Notes under the pieces: model-generated
Databases searched by the model: none
What the model was told of the DNA's origin: nothing
What the model saw: only the letters and a program-made list of their open reading frames with translations
Translations under genes and position numbers: made by a program
IMG/VR virus record: IMGVR_UViG_3300037851_000839
Span: 1 to 60,743 of that record
DNA: 60,743 bases
Source of the DNA: a virus
Lineage: Duplodnaviria > Caudoviricetes
Reading direction: 5' to 3' (one strand)
Part shown: positions 45,924 through 50,680 of the stretch, piece by piece
Numbering within the stretch: the stretch's first letter is position 1
Layout of the letters: each line of letters opens with the position of its first letter

Positions 45924-45997
45924 CACCCCCGGCAGGGATCGAACCTGCGGACCTTCGCCTTCGGAGGGCGACGCTCTTCCATCTGAGCTACGAGGGC
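45924..45997 (-). tRNA. tRNA-Arg(CCG)
   Basis: Loop CTCCGAA. Confidence 0.9.
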
Positions 45998-46011
45998 ATG
46001 GATCCGTCGAG

Positions 46012-46087
46012 CACCCGCGGGGGGAGTTGAACCCTAACCAACCTCCCGGTTCGTAGCCGGGCGCTCATCCAGTTGAGCTTCGCGGGC
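46012..46087 (-). tRNA. tRNA-Arg(ACG)
   Basis: Loop CTACGAA; imperfect T stem. Confidence 0.8.
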
Positions 46088-46113
46088 AAGTCTGTCGTGC
46101 GTTCGCCGCCTAG

Positions 46114-46186
46114 CATCCTCGGCGGGGATCGAACCCGCGACCGACCGCTTAGAAGGCGGCTGCTCCTCCTGCTGAGCTACGAGGAC
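46114..46186 (-). tRNA. tRNA-Arg(TCT)
   Basis: Loop CTTCTAA. Confidence 0.9.
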
Positions 46187-46191
46187 ACGAG

Positions 46192-46259
46192 AGGCGCGAG
46201 GCGGAGTCGAGCCGCCCTTCACCGGGTTGCAGCCGGTGTCCTTCCCGGAAGATCGCGCC
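46192..46259 (-). tRNA. tRNA-Cys(GCA), reduced D arm
   Basis: Loop CTGCAAC, U73, T loop CTCGACT. Confidence 0.7.
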
Positions 46260-46316
46260 AAGGCCAGGACCATCGAGCATCCCCTGGCGAGAGGACACCG
46301 TCTGGCCCTGGGCCAG

Positions 46317-46388
46317 AGCGGGCGGCGAGGATCGAACTCGCGTAGGTCTGCTTGGAAGGCAGGTGCCTCACCTCTCGGCCACGCCCGC
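46317..46388 (-). tRNA. tRNA-Gly(TCC)
   Basis: Loop CTTCCAA. Confidence 0.88.
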
Positions 46389-46393
46389 ATGAG

Positions 46394-46466
46394 AGCCGCT
46401 CGCGGGAATCGAACCCGCCACCTCCCCCGTACCAAGGGGGTGCCCCGCCATCTGGACCTGAGCGGC
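46394..46466 (-). tRNA. tRNA-Thr(GGT)
   Basis: Loop TTGGTAC. Confidence 0.85.
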
Positions 46467-46471
46467 AAAAG

Positions 46472-46544
46472 TGGACCCGACGGGGGTTGAACCCGCGACC
46501 TTCCGCTTGCAAGGCGGATGCTCTCCCACTGAGCTACGGAGCCC
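46472..46544 (-). tRNA. tRNA-Ala(TGC)
   Basis: Loop CTTGCAA; G3:U70-type pair. Confidence 0.85.
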
Positions 46545-46871
46545 TCAGACGCTTCGGATCTTGCCGTCCTCGCCACGTTCGCGCTCGACCATCTTCATGA
46601 TCTGACGCGTCCGGCCATTCGCGAGGACCTGGTAGACCTCGACCTTGGACGTGAACTCGGAGGCGAAGTCCTCGTCGCCGTTGACCAGGTCCTTGGCCCT
46701 TCCCAGCGCGGCCTCCTTCGTCTTGAAGGTCGCCCTGTTCGAGCCGACGCTGACCTTGTCCCTGACCTTGTAGGACGCGTCGCGCTTCTCCGGGTGGTCC
46801 ACCTTGGTGACCCACCTCACCACGTACTGCGCTTCCTGCGTGGCTTCTTCGAGCTGGTCGGCGAGGCCCAT
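46545..46871 (-). CDS. Hypothetical protein between two tRNA-Ala genes
   Basis: MGLADQLEEATQEA..., 108 aa. Confidence 0.6.
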   Translation of the reverse strand: MGLADQLEEATQEAQYVVRWVTKVDHPEKRDASYKVRDKVSVGSNRATFKTKEAALGRAKDLVNGDEDFASEFTSKVEVYQVLANGRTRQIMKMVERERGEDGKIRSV

Positions 46872-46888
46872 GCCTCCACCGTACCACA

Positions 46889-46961
46889 TGGATCCGAGCG
46901 GGGTCGAACCGCTGGCCTCCTCGATGCCATCGAGGCGCTCTCCCAACTGAGCTACGGACCC
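46889..46961 (-). tRNA. tRNA-Ala(GGC)
   Basis: Loop ATGGCAT; G3:U70. Confidence 0.9.
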
Positions 46962-46964
46962 GAG

Positions 46965-47036
46965 TCGTCCAGGTGGGAGCCGAACCCACGGCCTCCTGCG
47001 TGTCGAGCAGGTGCTCTTCCGTTGAGCTACTGGACG
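46965..47036 (-). tRNA. tRNA-Val(GAC), C33
   Basis: Loop TCGACAC. Confidence 0.82.
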
Positions 47037-47043
47037 GTGGTGA

Positions 47044-47117
47044 TGGTGCAGGAGGGAGTCGAACCCTTCCTCAGTCCGTGTATCAGACGGACCAGAGCAA
47101 CCGGCTACTTCCGCACC
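47044..47117 (-). tRNA. tRNA-Ile(GAT), irregular D arm
   Basis: Loop CTGATAC. Confidence 0.7.
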
Positions 47118-47122
47118 TTGGT

Positions 47123-47195
47123 GTGGTCGAGCGGAGTCGAACCGCCTTGCACCCGGGTCACAACCGAGCCCCTCCACCACTTCGGGATCGACCAC
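47123..47195 (-). tRNA. tRNA-His(GTG)
   Basis: G-1:C73 pair, loop TTGTGAC. Confidence 0.82.
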
Positions 47196-47207
47196 CATGT
47201 GAAAGAT

Positions 47208-47344
47208 GGGAGACAAGAGATGCTAGGACGTGTTTTTCCCGCTCTACCAACTGAGCTACCACCCCATGAGAAGTGGGGCGGGCTGGACTCGAACCAGCGA
47301 CCAGGGGCTTATGTGGCCATGTAGTCCTTCGCGAACATTCTCCC
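47208..47344 (-). ncRNA. yrlA: YrlA-type Y RNA
   Basis: 5' GGGAGAATG...GGACTACAT, T arm GCTGGTTCGAGTCCAGC, loop-closed acceptor stem, D arm TAGCTCAGTTGGTAGAGC, 3' GTCC...CTTGTCTCCC; Ro60 gene in the same array. Confidence 0.85.
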
Positions 47345-47347
47345 AAG

Positions 47348-47420
47348 CGTCCTCGGCAGGACTCGAACCTGCGACCACCCGCTTAGGAAGCGGATGCTCT
47401 ATCCACTGAGCTACGAGGAC
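47348..47420 (-). tRNA. tRNA-Arg(CCT)
   Basis: Loop TTCCTAA. Confidence 0.92.
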
Positions 47421-47421
47421 A

Positions 47422-47544
47422 TGGTGGAGGCTGACCGGTCGGGGATCCCGGTCTTTGGTCGAAGTTACGGTTCGATTGTGATGTAGTCCCTGCCCAGCAT
47501 TCGCTTGCGCGACAAGTTCGGGTGGACAGCCCTATCGAGCCTCC
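47422..47544 (-). ncRNA. Circularly permuted Y-RNA-like RNA with acceptor stem and ACCA end
   Basis: GGAGGCT/AGCCTCC-ACCA; GTCC..CTTGTCGC-GCAA-GCGAATG..GGACTACAT. Confidence 0.7.
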
Positions 47545-47559
47545 GTATGAGGAAAGAAA

Positions 47560-47634
47560 CGTCCCGTGGGGGATTTGAACCCACCGTCGCCCGAGTGAGA
47601 GTCGAGCATCCTTGGCCATCTAGACGAACGGGAC
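47560..47634 (-). tRNA. tRNA-Glu(CTC)
   Basis: Loop CTCTCAC. Confidence 0.88.
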
Positions 47635-47721
47635 ATTGAGTGAGACGAGGGACGCAGTGACAGACCTGACCAGCCGGAGCTGGACTCGCCCGGTTACCCA
47701 GACCGTGACCTATGGAACCAG

Positions 47722-47795
47722 CTCCAGGGGAGGGACTCGAACCCCCAACATCCCGTTGAACAGACGGGCGTCGCTCCATTTGACTCTTCCCTGGA
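47722..47795 (-). tRNA. tRNA-Asn(GTT), C37
   Basis: TCC acceptor start, G73, loop CTGTTCA. Confidence 0.8.
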
Positions 47796-47799
47796 ATAC

Positions 47800-47863
47800 G
47801 GGCGACGAGAGATCGCGAGAGGGTTGATCTGTACAAGAGATGTACTCCCGCTGGCATTCGCCC
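47800..47863 (-). ncRNA. Minimal Y-RNA-like hairpin (64 nt)
   Basis: GGGCGAATG...TACAT / ATCTCTCGTCGCCC mirrors the YrlA terminal stem. Confidence 0.7.
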
Positions 47864-47865
47864 TA

Positions 47866-47931
47866 CGATGGGGGTGGGAGTTGAACCCACGCACTTCGGT
47901 CTAAACAGACCGAACTGCACCCTGACCCATC
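47866..47931 (-). pseudogene. Degenerate tRNA-like copy overlapping HNH 3' end
   Basis: T arm GTGGG-TTCAACT-CCCAC, 3' CCCCATCG identical to the tRNA at 48288; 8-nt loop CTGTTTAG; no D arm. Confidence 0.6.
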
Positions 47932-48266
47932 TCCTCGTGAATCTCCCGGTGACAGTTCGCGCACACGAGAATGCACTTAGCTGCTTCGGCTCGCATGGTT
48001 GCGATGCCGTTCGTGTTGCCTGAACCGAGTACCACCGGGTCTTTCTGACTCGGATCCTTATGGTGGAACTCCAGAGCCGCCTTGCACTTGGAGTACCCGC
48101 ACCGAGAACAGGCTCCGCCGTGCTCCGCAACAAGTATCTCCCTCACCCGCCTTCGGCGACCCGTGACGGAATCGATCTGACACCGCTTGCACCGCACTCG
48201 GTGCTTGAAGACGTAGTAGTCGCACTCGCCATGCTTCGGACAGAACCTTCGTACCATTTGCGGCAT
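47901..48266 (-). CDS. Small HNH endonuclease
   Basis: CPKHG, CKRC, GGACSRCGY....ALEFHH.DP..K, KCILVCANCHREIH. Confidence 0.88.
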   Translation of the reverse strand: MPQMVRRFCPKHGECDYYVFKHRVRCKRCQIDSVTGRRRRVREILVAEHGGACSRCGYSKCKAALEFHHKDPSQKDPVVLGSGNTNGIATMRAEAAKCILVCANCHREIHEEMGQGAVRSV

Positions 48267-48287
48267 AACTTCCTAAGTTCTACCACA

Positions 48288-48360
48288 CGATGGGGGAGGG
48301 AGTCGAACCCCCGACCAACAGGCTAACAGTCTGCCGCTCTAACCACTGAGCTACCCCACC
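48288..48360 (-). tRNA. tRNA-Asn(GTT), second copy with different acceptor
   Basis: GGTGGGG/CCCCATC, loop CTGTTAG, G73. Confidence 0.8.
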
Positions 48361-48457
48361 ATCTGGTCGGGCCCTCGCACGCGCGCGCCCGTATGGGCAC
48401 GACCGCGCGTGCGAGTCCCTTCCCGCGGCCCCCGTGGGGACCGCCTGAATGGCTTCC

Positions 48458-48476
48458 TATTCAGTTGTCAGAGAGC
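48458..48476 (-). promoter_or_regulatory. boxA-like antitermination sequence
   Basis: GCTCTCTGACAACTGAATA resembles rrn boxA GCTCTTTAACAA. Confidence 0.55.
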
Positions 48477-48496
48477 TTCGGTGGGTGACCACCTAG

Positions 48497-48567
48497 TTCC
48501 AGGCCAGGGACTCGAACCCCGCTTCACGGTTCCAGAGACCGTTGTCCTGCCACTAGACGAGCCTGGA
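48497..48567 (-). tRNA. tRNA-Gln(CTG)
   Basis: Loop CTCTGGA. Confidence 0.88.
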
Positions 48568-48641
48568 TGCGTCGGGAGGGGATCGAACCCTCGAATCTCC
48601 CGGGTAAGAGCCGGGTGCTGTTCCTATCTAGCTTCCGACGC
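48568..48641 (-). tRNA. tRNA-Lys(CTT)
   Basis: Loop CTCTTAC. Confidence 0.82.
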
Positions 48642-48644
48642 GAG

Positions 48645-48667
48645 TGGGGCCGGAGGGGGTTGAACCC
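48645..48667 (-). pseudogene. 3' fragment of split tRNA-Lys(TTT)
   Basis: GGGTTCAACCCCCTCCGGCCCCA; acceptor strand complements GGGGTCG at 49203-49209. Confidence 0.8.
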
Positions 48668-48669
48668 AG

Positions 48670-48740
48670 TGGGACGCCTGAGAATCGAACTCAGCCCGAC
48701 CGGGTAAAAACCGGCTGCTCCGCCTTGGAGCTAACGTCCC
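48670..48740 (-). tRNA. tRNA-Lys(TTT) carried inside the insertion
   Basis: GGGACGT/GCGTCCC, loop TTTTTAC, T arm CTGAG-TTCGATT-CTCAG. Confidence 0.85.
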
Positions 48741-49146
48741 GCCACGATCCCTTGTGGGTGCGCCTCCGATGGCAGTTGGCACACACCACGTCGCACTTCT
48801 CGATCTCGACTCGGATGGTCTCCAGGCCGTAGCCGTCCGACACCATCCTGCTCACCGCCTTCCTCTTGGTTCCTCGAACATGATCGAACTCCAGAACCAG
48901 AACATCGCCCTCTCCGCAGTCCTTGCACACCTTCCCGGTCAACAGCTCCAGGAGCATCTCCTTTGCCGCGGCCCTCGATCGTGCCTGACCAGCACGGATT
49001 CGAGACCTGTTCTTCCGGTAGAACTCCTGCGACTTCCTTCTGTTGCACTCTCGGCAGTAGGACTGCTTGCCGCTCTTCCTCTCTGGTCTGTCTGCGAACA
49101 ACTCCAACGGCAGCTCTCTGGAACACCCGGGGCACTTCTTGGTCAT
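48691..49146 (-). CDS. HNH endonuclease (inserted in tRNA-Lys)
   Basis: KKCPGC....L..F......G.QSYCREC, CKDCG.....LEFDHVRG.K, EIEKCDVVCANCHRRRT. Confidence 0.9.
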   Translation of the reverse strand: MTKKCPGCSRELPLELFADRPERKSGKQSYCRECNRRKSQEFYRKNRSRIRAGQARSRAAAKEMLLELLTGKVCKDCGEGDVLVLEFDHVRGTKRKAVSRMVSDGYGLETIRVEIEKCDVVCANCHRRRTHKGSWRDVSSKAEQPVFTRSG

Positions 49147-49161
49147 GCCGGTAATGTACCA

Positions 49162-49209
49162 TCGATCCGCGGGTAAAAGCCGGCTGTTCTGCCGTTGAAC
49201 TACGACCCC
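49162..49209 (-). pseudogene. 5' fragment of split tRNA-Lys(TTT)
   Basis: GGGGTCG-TA-GTTC AACGGCA GAAC-A-GCCGG CTTTTAC CCGC GGATC GA. Confidence 0.8.
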
Positions 49210-49246
49210 AAGACGGGGTCTCGTTTCTCCTTGGTGGTCATCGTCA

Positions 49247-49327
49247 TGGAGCTGGAAGGAATCGAACCTTCCGTCCCCGAAGGGAACCGGGTTACAGCCG
49301 GCCTGCGGCCCCAGCCGCGTCAGCTCC
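49247..49327 (-). tRNA. tRNA-Tyr(GTA)
   Basis: Loop CTGTAAC, long variable arm. Confidence 0.82.
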
Positions 49328-49347
49328 GTTGTGCAGGCCCATGAACG

Positions 49348-49381
49348 CCGAAGGCCGCCTCGGTTTCCCGGGCGGCCTTCG
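49348..49381 (-). terminator. Strong GC hairpin ahead of first tRNA (attenuator-like)
   Basis: GAAGGCCGCC-CGG-GAAA-CCG-A-GGCGGCCTTC; lacks a clear U tract. Confidence 0.45.
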
Positions 49382-49408
49382 CTTCACGATCCCTGGTTGG
49401 GATGAAAG

Positions 49409-49555
49409 CTAGGTCGCCCCGGAGGTACCCTCCTGGTGGCGGATGGCGTTGACGAAGAGCGAATCCAGGCACCCTTCGGCCAAGGCACACCACACCGTCG
49501 CCGGCATGGATGCCGGATACGTCGAGGTGCTGGGCTTGAGGGTTCTGGAAGACAT
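49409..49555 (-). CDS. Candidate leader peptide of the tRNA array (48 aa)
   Basis: ATG at 49555 after TTGACC-N17-TACACC promoter-like sequence; stop shortly before hairpin. Confidence 0.4.
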   Translation of the reverse strand: MSSRTLKPSTSTYPASMPATVWCALAEGCLDSLFVNAIRHQEGTSGAT

Positions 49556-49724
49556 GATCTCGCTCTTGGGTCTCCGTGGTGTACTTCTGGTCAAACGAGA
49601 GGTCAAGAAGAAAAAGCTAAGCCGCGTTCTTTTTTCTTCCGGAGCCTCCGGCGGGGCACCCCTCGCGATGGAAGGAGGGGGGGTGGGACGCTCAGGGTAT
49701 CCCGCCGGAGGTCTCCGGGAGAAC

Positions 49725-50675
49725 CTACTCGGCCGCCCCCGGCTCGTCACCGCGAAGCAGGGCCACCAGGCCCTTGACCTTGGTGGGGGGCGCGTCGCCG
49801 ATCGCGATGCGGAGGCCGAGGATGAGGTCCTCGGAGAGGACGCCCTTGCCGTTCTCGATGGCCTTCTTGATGGCCCGCTTCGACGGAGCGACCACCGGAG
49901 CGTCGGCGCCGGCCTTCTGACCCTTGGACCCGCTGCCGTTCGCCTTCGATCCCTTCGCGATGACGGTCGCCGCCTTGGCGCCGCCACCCTCCGTGGCGAG
50001 CTTCTGGAGAGCCTCCTTCATCTCGTCCTTCGGCATCCCGGCGAGCTTGACGACCGCGCTCGCCGACACGGAGCCGGTCTCGACCGCGTCCTGGGCGAAC
50101 GACGGCATGTCGAGCAGCTTCACCCACTCGTTGATGGTCTGCTCCGACCGTCCGAAGAGCCGCGCGACCGTCTCGACCGTGTCGCCGGTGCTCAGGAGGT
50201 ACTGCGCCTTCTGCGCGCGGTTGAGGATCGAGTCCTCGGTCCGGTGCTCGTTGAGCACGATGCCGAGGGCACGGTCGATCTTCTCGATGTTCGCGTTGGC
50301 GCGGCGCGCGATGCACGGCACCGGCTTGCCCTCGCGGCCCTCCTTCTTGAGAAGCCGGTCGGCGATGCGCTGCTTGAGCACGCGCCCGCGCCCATCGACG
50401 ACGATGTAGAGGTCCTTGCCATCGACCTCCACGACCTCGATCAGGACCGGCTGCTGGACGCCGTACTCCTTCATGGAGAGGACGTGCGGATGGTCGTCGG
50501 GGATCCCCTGGTGGCCACCCTGATCGAACGGCAGGTGGACGCGCTTGTCGTAGAGCCGATGCTCGGACATCGACTTGTGCGGCGTGTCGATGCCGATGAC
50601 GGTGAGCATGTGCGCGGGCACCGCGAACCCGTTCGTGCGCGAGACACCCTTGCCTTCGATGAGCTGGCCACCCAT
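49725..50675 (-). CDS. ParB/Srx-like N-terminal domain protein with HTH
   Basis: SMKEYGVQQPV...IVVDGRGR, NEHR, VARLFGRSEQTINEWVKLL. Confidence 0.8.
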   Translation of the reverse strand: MGGQLIEGKGVSRTNGFAVPAHMLTVIGIDTPHKSMSEHRLYDKRVHLPFDQGGHQGIPDDHPHVLSMKEYGVQQPVLIEVVEVDGKDLYIVVDGRGRVLKQRIADRLLKKEGREGKPVPCIARRANANIEKIDRALGIVLNEHRTEDSILNRAQKAQYLLSTGDTVETVARLFGRSEQTINEWVKLLDMPSFAQDAVETGSVSASAVVKLAGMPKDEMKEALQKLATEGGGAKAATVIAKGSKANGSGSKGQKAGADAPVVAPSKRAIKKAIENGKGVLSEDLILGLRIAIGDAPPTKVKGLVALLRGDEPGAAE

Positions 50676-50680
50676 GGGAT

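Noticed and set aside
47208-47344. Permuted tRNA or two-piece tmRNA
   Set aside because: No anticodon arm or tag reading frame; the terminal helix and nearby Ro60 fit YrlA
47640-47720. Possible tRNA-Asp (CTGTCAC word)
   Set aside because: No flanking anticodon stem, T arm or acceptor pairing
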